Below the pieces are notes generated by a model. The model did no database searches and was not told where the DNA came from. It saw only the letters and a list, made by a program, of their open reading frames with translations. Shown piece after piece: positions 1-11,479 of a stretch of DNA of 64,000 nucleotides. How positions within the stretch are numbered: position 1 is the first letter of the stretch; every line of letters starts with the position of its first letter. The DNA is taken from assembly GCA_964016885.1 (NCBI GenBank), contig OZ024743.1, positions 304,482,001-304,546,000 of the forward strand. The letters run 5' to 3'. Made by a program: the position numbers and the translations under genes. This DNA comes from Eledone cirrhosa. Taxonomy: Eukaryota.

Positions 1-2135
1 GGGGACCAGGCCGCACGATTTCCATGGGGGTGTTGGAGGGGTTGTCTGGATGGGTGGTGGTTTCCGGCGGGGTGGGGACGGAGATGTTTGGTGGGGTGGG
101 GTCTGGTGGGATGGGGGTGTCTGGGGTGGGGAGACATTTGAGAAGGACGCGGTTGACTGGTTTCACGCAGGAATTCCCCACATCCTTCTCAAATGTTTCT
201 TTTAGGGACCTATAAGTTTGTATAGGGACCCTAATCAGTTTTAGGTTCAGTTTTTTGCTATTTTTAATAGAGTGGCCGAGAGTTTTCCCTTCTGTTTTCA
301 CCGAAGGGTCGTTCGTGATGGTCTCCATTAGTGTTTTGTTTTCAGTGTTTATGTAAGTGTAAGTGTAATTTTCTTGTGTTGTGTTTGTTTTTGTCTGTAG
401 TTCTTGTGTGTGCTTTCGTTTTGTTGTAGGTATTTTGTTTTCAGGAGGTGGGGGTTTTGTTTGTGATGTTTTTGTTGTTTGTGTTGGTGGTTGTATGTTT
501 GTGGTAGTGTTTGCTGGTTTTTTGCTTTTGTGATGTCTTTTCTTTCTTTTCGAGCGATGGGGTTCTCCCTCGTCTTCACTGGGTGATGGCGAGATAGCCT
601 CATCTGTTGTATCGTCTGTGTGAATGGGGAGGGGTATGTCTTGGGGAACTGTTGTGTCTGTATGTGATTTTGCAGTGGTTTTAGGTGTAGTGGGGTTAGG
701 TGGGACTGTGTTTGTTGTGGTTGTTTTTGTGTGTTGGTGTTGTTGTTGTTGTGGTGGTGTTGGTGGTTGTGTTGTTTTGATGGGTGTCGGCAGAAGAGCC
801 TTTTTTTATTCATTAATTTAGGACAGGAAGCCCTCAGGTGACCCCTGCTAAAGCAATGGTAACATGAAGGCCGCCTACTCTCAACCGAAAAGTTTATGTA
901 GGTGAGTCCGTCCAGGAGTACACGTTGTGGGATCATAGCTATTCGCTCTGGGCTCATTTGCACCAGAACTTCAATGCTAGTCCCATTGAATACATCTCTG
1001 GGGGACTTTCCTACTGACAGTATTCTGTCTTCATCAAAATTGATGAAGCCGCACAGTATCCACCATATGTTTACCTTTGGTGTGACACTCGTGACTTTGA
1101 TCTTTTGTGCCCTTTTTCCCATGTATGTAGGGAAAAAGGTGTACAGGTTGGATACAATTGGCGACACAGAGTAATTTTGGGCCGTCAATTGATCCTTCAT
1201 GAGTACCGAAATACTCCCAAAAAGTTTGCTTCTTTGAATGAATGCAATATCATTCATTGAATTTTTGAAAACCAGTTCAATTTCTTTCTGTGACAATTGG
1301 ACTGGTTTTCAGGTAGAATTGGAAACTGTCCTAAAAACTATCGTTTTGAGAGCAGTTTCCTTGCGAATTTCTACCGGAGAATTGATGCTGAAAGCACCAT
1401 TTTTTTCGAAAGTGACATATCTCCTAGCGTCCTTTAAAAGTTGTTCAGCATTTCTTATGTCGAGATATATCAGTTCCTCCTTTTTTTGAACTGTCTGTGC
1501 AAAGGAGATTTGTGGTTTCTTTGTGGAATTATCCGTGTTGGTGGTGTTGTCATTATTGTTGTTATTGTTGTTGTTATTCTTGTTGTCACCGATGTTGATA
1601 TTATTCGTATTTTCCTTGGTGTTGTTGTTGTCTTTGATGATGGTGTTATTGGTGTTGTCTTTATTTTTTCTTTGTTGTTGTTATCATTGTTGTGTTTATC
1701 ATCATTATTGGTGTTGCTGGTATTTTTGTTGTCGTTGAACTGTTTGGTGTCATTTGTGTTGTTTGGATATGAATTTGTTTTTGCATTTTCATTTCGTCTT
1801 TCCATCTCTATAGTATCTATTGAGAAGGAAGGGGAAGAAGACGATGTTGACTGCGAGCTTTGTAGTCTTACCGCCTCTCCACCACCATTATCGCTGGACG
1901 CAGCGTTCATAACGTAATCAAACCTTTACAATATTTTTTCCAAGATTCGATGGAGAAAAAATTTTTTCAAACGGATATTTCGCCCCTGTAGGGGCGAAAA
2001 TGAGTTGACCCACCACCTGAAGGTCCAGACGGGGGGGGGGGTCAAGTTACACAATAATATAAAATTTAACTAAAAACTCACGTTTTTTTCTTACATAAAT
2101 TAACGGAAACTTCTCCGCGAAGTTACACACGTCTG
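1..2135 (-). mobile_element. Tx1-type non-LTR retrotransposon A (5' UTR + frameshifted ORF1; continues beyond window start)
   Basis: ORF1 pieces 1910..1470 and 1296..349 carry the zinc knuckle CYHCFSRGHLRASC and align with ORF1 of elements B and C. The 5' end abuts (GATA)n. Confidence 0.85.
349..1910 (-). pseudogene. Tx1 ORF1 (gag-like, CCHC knuckle), frameshifted
   Basis: Asn/Thr-rich N-terminus, PTYMGKR and ESRRPSCYHC..GH....C motifs shared with 6452..7255. Confidence 0.8.
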
Positions 2136-2149
2136 ATAGAGAGATAGAG

Positions 2150-2237
<88 letters not shown>
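2136..2237. repeat. (GATA)n microsatellite between Tx1 B 3' end and Tx1 A 5' end
   Basis: Read directly. Confidence 0.98.
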
Positions 2238-2238
<1 letters not shown>

Positions 2239-2503
2239 TGTTTCTTTTATTTGCCACCAGGGCATCAAAAGTGGGACAAGTAGAATAGGAGGAGTTTACA
2301 AAACAAGGCGTCCTCAATAAGGAGGAGGCAATAACAATATATAAAAACAAAATAAAATATAACAAAAATAAAATTTATAACAAAGTCCTCAATATAGAGG
2401 AGGCGCCTTGGGGGGGTCGCACACACCCCCGAAAAAAAGTGTGCAACCCTTTTCCTCAGGAGCACAGAGAAGGGGTGCTCCCTTGGTCTTTCATCTTCCT
2501 CAC

Positions 2504-5500
2504 CTATATTCTGATGTAGAGTGAAGGCCCATTCACACGGGCCATTCTCGCCACTTTCACCCATCTTTCATAAAAACGGTTGGGGTGCAGTACCTCTCTC
2601 TCCATCCTGATCCTTCTTCCGAAATGATATCGTAAGAAACGGACCAGTTGTTGGCCAGAGAGAAAGGTGTCTGACCTCAGTCCTTTCAGACGCGTCCACC
2701 ATACAACCTCTTTCGCCGTGGCTATTACGCACAGAAACACCGCCTCTTCTTCGTTTTTGAAGAGGGGAGGCGGCTTGATCGTTACAATAGACTCGGTGGT
2801 CAACCGGATCGGTCCCACCCTTGACAGCAATTGTTCGACATAGCCCCACAGATCGGCAATGCCCGAGCAGTGTACCAATGCGTGTGCAACGGTTTCCTCG
2901 TCGCATACGCATCTGGGACAGATCTGTTTCGAGGGGTCCCTACCCGGGCGCCCGTGTCTGTAGAGCCTTTCTCGAACGGGCAGAGCCCTTCTGTAGCATT
3001 GCCAGGCCAGGAACCTCTGGAAGTTATCCATGGGTCCCGGGCTGAATGTCCTACCGAACAGGTTTGCCAGTTCGTCTTCCTCCATGCCTAGGGCTTCTCC
3101 GAGGGCGTCGTCGCACCTGCTAACCACCAGCCCTCTATAGAATGACGAGGTGGATTCTCCACTGACAGCCGGGTCCGCCTGCCAGAGAGCCGTGAGCGCC
3201 TGGGCACACTCGGTGTGCCAGGCGCCCAGTTTTCTCGATCTTTGCTTGACCCAGGATTGCAGCTCGGTGAGTGAGACGAGTCTGGGAAAGGCTCGCCTCA
3301 CAAACCGGAGAGGAATACCTGAAGGTGCCGTAGCCTTAATGCGTGTTTACGTATAATTAGCCACGGCATCCCCAGCCCTCCTTTCGAAGGGTGTTGACAG
3401 CAGATGGATCTCCTCACCATAGGAGCCGCTTCTGCCAAAGGAATTGGAAGAGTGCGCGCTCCATTTTGGCGAGCGTTTCCCTTGGTGGACAAGGCACAGC
3501 GGTCAGGCGGTAGTAGATGACGGACGCTATATAAGTGTTCGCCACCTCCGCCCGACCTTTCAGGGACAGTTTGCACTCGGCCCACTTCTGGGTCAGTGCA
3601 AACACCCTGTTCGTTACCTCACCCCAGTTCTTCTCCACCTGGAGGTCTGGTCCGAACCAGACCCCGAGCAACTTCACCGGGCCCTCCGTCCAGCGCCCGA
3701 CAACGCCATCGGAGGGCATCGATCTGCCCCTCCACGTGCCGAGTTGCAGACCGATCGACTTGTCCCGGTTCAGCTTATCCCCTGTAAACCTTTCGTACTC
3801 CTCCAGTAAGGTGCCGATCGCCCCGATTTCCGAGGCCGTCGACACCATTACTGTTACGCCATCGGCGTAGGCTGACACCGCTTTCCGCAATCCCGGTTCC
3901 AACGGGATGCCCTGCAACAACTCCAACTTCCGCAGCAGTGGCTCTAGAGCCATTACATACAGAAGGGAGGAGAGAGGGCACCCCTGTCGGATGGACCGGG
4001 CGATTTCGTACGGCTCCGAGAGGTAGCCGTTCACCTTGACCCTAGAGCAGATGCGGCTGCTGTGCATGGCATTGATCCAGCCCCTGAAAACGGGTCCGAA
4101 GTCTGCCGCCGCTAGCACCGCATCCAGGTAACCATAGTCGACCCTATCGAATGCCTTAGATTGATCCAAGTTGATCAGGGCCCCACCAAAGCCGGGTTCG
4201 TTCCCAACCCTCTCTATGATGTATCGCATGAGGTGGAGGTTGTCGTGGATGGACCTGGACGGGATAGCACATGTCTGCGCATCTCCCACCAGGTTACCCA
4301 CGACAAGCGCCAACCTCTTTGCTAGCACCTTGGCCAAAATCTGTAACTCTGTATTTAGTAGAGTTATGGGCCTGAAATTATTTATATCGTCCCCCTTGTT
4401 CTCGTCCTTCCTCACTAGCGTGACTACGCCCTTGGTCACAGCACAGGGAATTCTCCCATTATGTTGCTAGTTGCTGTAGACCGCCTCGAGGAGATCGGGG
4501 AACAAGTCCGGCATTGCTAGATATAGTTGTATGGAAGACCATCGAGACCCGGGGATTTGCGTTTGCCGCATTGGCTCAGCACGTCTTCTATCTCAGCGGC
4601 TGAAATCGGCTCCTCGCAGGACTTCGCCTCCCTGTCCGAGAGACGCGGCAGGCCGTCGAGGTATGGACCGAAGTCCACATCCCCAACCGGCTCCCCGCCC
4701 CTTCCGAACAATCCGGTAAAGTGCTTTTGAAAAGCCTCGCACATCTGCTTAGGTTCAAGGATCACCCGTCCATCCTGGTCTCGCAAAGACCGGATAGTGG
4801 ATCTGCTCCCTCTTTTGGCTTCTGTCACGCGGGCCCAGCTAATAGCTTTGGTCCCCTCGTTTCCCAGAGCACGTATTTTGCTTCGGACGATGTAGCCTTC
4901 GTGTTTCGCGTCGAAGAACTGGCCCAGGGCCGTTCTCGACGCTAGCACTCTGGCCACGTGGCCGCTTCTAATTGCCTCTTCTACACTATCTACCAACACC
5001 CTTTCCTTCCTATTTCTATTTGAGGCTAACTCCTTACTAAATTCTATAGAGACTACTTTAATCTCTCTTTTGAGAGATCCCCACCACCTGCTGTTGACGA
5101 TGGCGCCCGTCAACCGCTCCTTAACTAAAGTGCTAATCCGGTCCCTGTCAGCCTTACTTGCCGGTAAGGACAAGTTGAGCTTCCAGTAACCGGGTCCCTG
5201 TCTATGAGTTCTGTCAAGGTTGACCATGCAGGTAACAAACTTGTGGTCTGAATAGCCAACCATGCGCATTTTTGTACTTAAAAAGTCCTTACCCTTAATT
5301 CTAACTAAGAACCTATCTAGGTACGACCTAGATGATCCGCTACGATTTGCCCAAGTCCAGGTTGGCGCAGTCGGAAAATCTAGTCGATATCTATCGGCCA
5401 GGTCAAATCGACCGATTAACCCCTCTCTATCGGGACAGGGCCCTACGTAGTCCCAGCGTGCATCTAGGATACCATTCCAGTCCCCCACTAATAGCAAGGA

Positions 5501-5884
5501 GCGGGACGTCACCAGAAAAGTCTCCAGACGATGAAAGAAGTCCGGCCGCATTGACCCGAAAGGGCCGTAGGCGGCTACCAACCTAAACGCTCCGCCTTTA
5601 CCACTGCCAAGGTCCAGAACCACTAGTCGACCCTCCGGGTCCAAATGTACCATCTGTGTTGCGAGACCCAGATGTTTTTGCAGCAGAACGACAACCCCAC
5701 TCCCACCTGCGTGCATCTCAAAGTCATCAAATGTGGGGGCCAGCTGGCGCACGTTGCTGATCTGGGCCTCGCAAATAACCATCACATCTATACGTTGTGA
5801 CCTGGGGTCATTTAGAAGCATTGCTTGCTTCCAAGTTGAGCCTAGGCCACGCGCATTTAAACAGCCTACTCTTAGCATGGCCAT
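2504..5884 (-). pseudogene. Tx1 ORF2: APE endonuclease + reverse transcriptase, several frameshifts/stops
   Basis: CLNARGL, GDWN, YLDRF, YSDH (APE); FRPITLLN, DQSKAFD, QGCPLS, YADG for YADD (RT); CPRC..ETVAHAL..C. Confidence 0.93.
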
Positions 5885-5908
5885 GTTGGTGGTGAAGAGA
5901 AAAGGCAC

Positions 5909-7700
5909 TTACCTCTCTGCGTCCCGGGTATCGGGCTGCACAATTTCCATTAGGGTGGGGGATAGGTTGTTGGGTGGGGTGGTGGTTTGTGGCGGTGTAG
6001 GGGCATCAGTGTGTTGTGTGGTTGGGGAGTTTGGAGTTGTGTGAGTGTTTGGGGAGGGGGTGGGATAATTTTTTAGGAGGACGCGGTCAATGGGCCCGAC
6101 GCAGGGGGGACCCACGTCCTCTTTAAAGTTGTTTTTTAAAGTTTTATAGGTCTCCTGTGGGGCCTTAATCATTTTGAGGTGGGGGATATCCCCTGCCTGG
6201 GTGAAGTTAGGCCCTTGGGTTTTTATTAGATTGTTGTTGTACACAATGTTTAACAGTTTTTTTGTTTCTTGCGTATGCATGTTTTTGTTTTTGTGTGGTG
6301 TTTTTTGTTTGCTGTTGTTGTGAGCTCTTTTGTGTTGGTGTCAGTGTTATGTTTTGGGGAGGGGTTGTTTTCATTTGTGTGTCTGAGGTGTGTTTTCTTT
6401 TTTCTTTTGATTGTGTGGAAGTGCTCCTCCTCGTCTGACGACGAACTAGGGTCATCTTCCGCGTTGGAGGGGAGGGGTATATTTTCGCGTTGTGTTTGCG
6501 GTGCGGGTGTTTTTGAAATTGTTTTTTTGGGTGGGGGGGATGGGTTGGACATTGTTTTGTTTCGGTTTGAGCTGTCGTGGTTGTTTTTGTAGTGGTAGTT
6601 GTGGTGATTGTGTTGGTTGTGCAGTTGTTGGTGGTGTAGGCAGGATTGGAGTTTTCTTATTAAGTTGGGGACAGACAGCGCTCAGGTGACCTCTGATTCC
6701 GCAGAGGTAACACGAAGGCCGCCTACTCTCAACGGTAATGTTGATGAAAGTTTGATCATCCAGTATGACGCGTTTAGGGATCTGGGCGATCCTTTCGGGC
6801 CTCATTTTAACTACAAGTTCGAGTCTCGTTCCACTGAACGCGTCACCCGATGTCTTTCCCATGGACACCAGCGTGTCATCATCCAGGTTCAGGAAACCTG
6901 TCAAAACCCACCATATGTCCATAATCGGCAAGATGGTGTGGATTTTTATTTTCTGTGTTCTTCTACCCATGTACGTAGGGTAGAAGGTGTATGCGGTGGA
7001 TGTGATTTGTTTGATGGACAGTTTCACTGCTGTGTCCCTGTCCTTCATGAGAATGGATAGACTCCCGTAGAGTCTATCCTTCTGAATGAAGGTGATGTCC
7101 TTCGTGACGTCTTTTAAAACCAGCTCTATCTCACTCTGTGATGGTTGAGCTGGTTTTTTGCTTTTATTCGAGATTGTTCTAAACATGACAGTGTTTAGGA
7201 GTCTCTGGCTTTTTAGTTCCGGGGGGGGGGGGGGAATGGATCGTGAATGAACCATTTTCCCCGTACACTATATATTTTTTGGCATCTGCCAGTAGCTCCT
7301 TCGCTTTGGTTATATCTACTGGCAGGTAGTCGAGGGTTTTCCTTGCTGTCTCGGCGAAGGAGAAATTGTTTTTGTTTGTGTTGCTGTTGTAGTTGTTGGT
7401 GCTGTTGTTATCATTGTTGTTGTTATCACAGTTATTAGTCTTGTTGTTGTTGTTATTGTTATTGGTGTTGTTTTCGTCCGTCGCATTGTTGTTGTTGTTG
7501 CTGTTGCTGGTGCCGCTGGTTCTTTGGTTTGTTGCCATGGCAACGTCAAGTTGTCGGTCAACAGGTGGAGAAAATCCTTCCTCTGGCTGACCTTTCTTTT
7601 TGACCTCTGCTACTGTAACAGTGGCAGGGGGAAGCTGTAAGCTTATCTTCCCCTTTCCTCCTTCGAATTTTGGTGAAGATGCTTCAGCCATTTTTATCAA
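5909..7700 (-). pseudogene. Tx1 ORF1, frameshifted
   Basis: Pieces 7700..7179, 7255..6452, 6552..6250, 6280..5909; knuckle CYLCGIRGHLSAVC. Confidence 0.85.
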
Positions 7701-7874
7701 AATAGGAATTTTCGAAATTTTTCGAAAGATTAACTTTTTACAACACTATTTCGCCTAAAGGCGTAGAATATTTTGAGAGAATGACCAGATCAAAAATGAA
7801 AGTTTACAGTTCACAATTTCCAGATAAATTTAAACGAAACTTACCGAGCGAGCTCAGCACATGTGTCTATCCTA

Positions 7875-7885
7875 GAGATAGATAG

Positions 7886-7982
<97 letters not shown>
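7875..7982. repeat. (GATA)n microsatellite
   Basis: Read directly. Confidence 0.98.
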
Positions 7983-8316
7983 TTGGATAGTATGTATGTT
8001 CGAATATTTCCTTCACTTCAGTTTCTTTGATGAACGTTAGAAGGGAGAAATGTTCAAAGTTTATGTGAGGGTGCGATTTGAATAAGTATTAGCAGGTTCA
8101 ATTTTAGGAATTGACTATCCATTGACAGATCATTAATCGTTGAATAGGGGGTGAGTGGATACTAGCAAATACATGGAAGAAGTAACGTACCGTGTAGTGT
8201 TGTTAATGCATATGTAGGTAGTGAGAGACAAAATATATCGAGGGCCCTGTCAATTGCATTAGCTGGAAACAGATATTAAGTTCAAGAAAGGAAGAGAGAA
8301 GCGACAAAGAAATAAT

Positions 8317-8473
8317 CGTTTCTACTTTTGGCACAAGGCCAGCAAATTACCCAGTACATTACTGGTACTTTATTTTATCGACCCCGTAAGGATGAAAGGC
8401 AAAGTTAACCTCGGCGGGATTTGAACTCAGAATGGCAAGGGCAGTAACTCTATTCGTCATAGCATGGCGTCCA
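8317..8473 (-). mobile_element. 5'-truncated tRNA-derived SINE
   Basis: Reverse complement of the 13351-13536 family (B-box GAGTTCAAATCC; core CTTTGCCTTTCATCCTTACGGGGTCGATAAAAT). Confidence 0.85.
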
Positions 8474-8486
8474 ACAAAGAAATAAT

Positions 8487-8638
8487 TGTTTCTACTTTAG
8501 GCACAAGGCCAGCAATTACCCAGTACATTATTGGTACTTTATTTTATCGACCCCGTAAGGATGAAAGGCAAAGTCAACCTCGGCGGGATTTGAACTCAGA
8601 TCGTAAAGGGACGTAACTATGCTGGAAAGTATGGTCCA
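8487..8638 (-). mobile_element. Second 5'-truncated SINE in tandem
   Basis: Same family; bounded by ACAAAGAAATAAT repeats. Confidence 0.85.
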
Positions 8639-9269
8639 ACAAAGAAATAATGGAAGGAAAATGGTTTTGTAAGCTCAAGAAAATCGTGGTTGAATGTGGT
8701 GCATGGACACATGAAGTGATATCAATAAAATGGGAAATAATACTGTCAAGTATCAGAATCCGAGGCTGTACGTCATTGTATGAGATGCGATATTCAGCGA
8801 GATGTTCATGTTATCGGCGTCAAACGCAGGCTTCGTCACCCAATATGTTAAGAATTGTAAGTTTTTCTGACCTATAGTGAAAAACATATCCGGCATTCTG
8901 CCGCGCGAAGTGCATTCCTACTCTGTAAGAAAGAATCCTGGGAAATGGAATTGCTCTTCAGTGCACACTTCTTGGATGTATAATCCGTTGAAACAATTTT
9001 AATGGAACAAAACACTACAGTGATGACAATTGTTTTGTGTTGGCAGTGCATGTACGTCATTGAGAAGTTAAACCAATCATCACTGGACTTATGTCAGTGA
9101 ATAAATACAAATATAGAATAGTGAAATAATGTATGTACATTTGTGTATGAATGTGATCATAAGGGCACCATTATGAATTCTAACATGGCGAAGGTCGATT
9201 TCTTCCAGAGAAGGAAAGTGAGGGAGGAATTAAGAAAAAAATAAAGGTTCATAGGCTGAAAAGATCAGA

Positions 9270-9425
9270 GATTGAAAAGTTCATAGACTGACCAAAATAC
9301 CCTCATAGAATTACCAACTGAGATTTATTTTTCAACATGGACAGAAACAATGCAGATATTAATAAGAGATGAAATTAGCATCACTCCTTCATAGTTAACC
9401 TATGAATTTTTCAAATCACCCTCAT
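9270..9425. mobile_element. Mariner-like MITE remnant
   Basis: Imperfect inverted ends TTGAAAAGTTCATAGACTGAC / GTTAACCTATGAATTTTTCAA, right end ...ACCCTCATA. Family assignment is from recollection. Confidence 0.45.
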
Positions 9426-10122
9426 ATATTCACAACTACATCAGGGACAATATTTTAAATTTAATTATAAAGAAATTATTTAATCAAACTATTAAGAAAT
9501 TAAAACACAAAATATTTTTTTTTTCTTCTTGATGTGGAGAATGTATTGCCATTTAAATTATGTTTTCTTTTTAATTTTTTTCTAAAATTACTGTAACTAA
9601 AAACGTAAACATTTCATTCGAAAAAGATGAATGGTGGCTGCACACATGGTTATAAGGTTAATAGTTCTCTTCACAACATATGGTTCCTTTTATCTTTAAT
9701 TTCTTATTCTTACTTCCATCGTTTTCTCTTTTGCTCTATTTCGTATAACATATCTGTTACGTCATAATGATATAAAATATATTCATTCCTCATATTGATA
9801 TCGCCAAAACGGTTTCAGACGGCATGAGAATGGGCACAACCTATTGTCATGAATGCTAATTCAAACAAGTCTACTTCTGTCAGCATTTGCATGGTGTTAT
9901 TTAAGCACGAAGATTATATCATTTTATTCCATTAATAATGCATCCGTTCCGAGATTAAATGATAAATATCATTTCAGACGATTTTGCCACTTATATATGA
10001 AATATTTACGTATTCTTGTATGAAAAGGTCAAACACGTACACAAACACACTCACACACACACACACACACAAAGACACGCACAAAGAGACACATATATAT
10101 ATACGCACACACTAGTATATGT

Positions 10123-10261
10123 AGAAGAAATTAAAAGATGGTTAAAAAAGTTCCATGTATTTTATTATGCGCATTTAAAAAATATCGTCCATGGATATTT
10201 GTTTTTGAAATACGCATAATAAAATACATGGAACATGTTTAACCCTCTTTTAATTTCTTCT
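10123..10261. repeat. ~140-bp imperfect palindrome next to TA repeats
   Basis: GAAGAAATTAAAAGA..GTTCCATGTATTTT..ATTATGCG / CGCATAATAAAATACATGGAAC..TCTTTTAATTTCTTC. Confidence 0.85.
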
Positions 10262-10293
10262 TATATATATATAGATATAGATATATAGATATA

Positions 10294-11472
10294 TTTCGTT
10301 TCTGAATTTGTTTAGCAAGATTTTTTATCTGAAAACATGTAGAAACCGATATTGTTATACTTTGGGAGGGTCATGTTGCCAATAAGAAACACACGCACCA
10401 GTTGTTTCATTCCAATTTATTATAAATTAAAAACATTTTTAGAAAAAATCTTTTTTTTTTTAATCTATAAATTTCCGGTTGGTTGGTTGGTTCCACACCC
10501 AGACGGTTGTTCATATATTGTCAAAGTTCTTTTGTTACACATTCTGTGACCTCTTCAGTGACTGGGGATTATTTTCTTTGTTTTGTGCCTCTCCTTTGTT
10601 CTGTCCTACCCCATCTTGTTTTTTCTGGGTGTTGTGTGCTTAGTTTGCGCATGTGTTACATTTGGGTATCTGTGTGTGTTTTTATTTGTTTATTTATTTG
10701 TTTATTTACATGTTACAGGTTGGTTGTTTGTTCTATGTGTGTGTGCATTTTCATTTTGTCCTTAATTGTAAGGTGTGATGTTGCTATTCTATTCATGTTT
10801 TCTATTTAATTTTCGTTGGTGTTCATTTATGTTTATTGCCTCTGTGATTTGTCTAAACATTGCGTCTTTTCTGTGTGTAGATTTTATTTTTATTTCTATG
10901 TTCTTTAATTTGCCCTTATGTTCTCTTTTAGCATGTTGGTGGAGTATTGATGATTCTTTTCTATCTTGAAGCTCTCGCCAGTGTTCATTTAACCGTTCTC
11001 CTATACTACGAGCTGTCACACCTATGTACACTATATTCTTATCTTTACATTGTCCTCCAGTACATCTCATGCTATATATTATGTTTCTAGTTTTACAGTT
11101 AATATGGGGGCTTAGTTTACAGATTATGCATTTCTTATCTATACAGGGAGGTCTTTGAAAAGGGTATAAATTACTAATAAGTGTTTTTATGGAGGTACCT
11201 GGTCTTTCTTCTATCTTAATATTAAGTTTAAGTTCATCTAGGGCCCTTCTAAATGTGTAAGCTAATTCACCTCTAGGGGTTGTATTGATGGACATTACAC
11301 TGGTATTTATTGCTACCATACCATGAATTTATTCTATTAACCTTATTCCTAGTTCTTTCTATTTTATTCCAAAATTTGCTCCTATACAAGGGGCAGGTCC
11401 CATTTATATAATACAAATGGGACCTGCCCTTGTATAGGAGCAACTTTTGGAAAAGAATAGAAAGAACTAAGG
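10294..11472 (-). mobile_element. 5'-truncated Penelope-like element (GIY-YIG EN + 3' terminal region), with fold-back at the truncation
   Basis: ORF 11319..10789; near-identical to 39928-41040; inverted repeat 11344-11472. Confidence 0.88.
10789..11319 (-). CDS. Penelope-type GIY-YIG endonuclease (C-terminal fragment)
   Basis: C..KC..C..CKTRNIIYSMRC...VYIGVTARSIGERLNEH...ITEAININ..LNR. Confidence 0.85.
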   Translation of the reverse strand: MVAINTSVMSINTTPRGELAYTFRRALDELKLNIKIEERPGTSIKTLISNLYPFQRPPCIDKKCIICKLSPHINCKTRNIIYSMRCTGGQCKDKNIVYIGVTARSIGERLNEHWRELQDRKESSILHQHAKREHKGKLKNIEIKIKSTHRKDAMFRQITEAININEHQRKLNRKHE

Positions 11473-11479
11473 AGTAAGT

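Larger units (their letters stand above)
2238..7874 (-). mobile_element. Full-length, degenerate Tx1-type non-LTR retrotransposon B
   Basis: 5' UTR, ORF1, ORF2 (APE+RT+C-terminal Cys motif) and 3' UTR with AATAAA. (GATA)n on both sides. Confidence 0.93.

Noticed and set aside
8304-8651. Repeat-spacer-repeat pattern resembling CRISPR
   Set aside because: The 'spacers' are homologous SINE copies, the context is eukaryotic and there are no cas genes.
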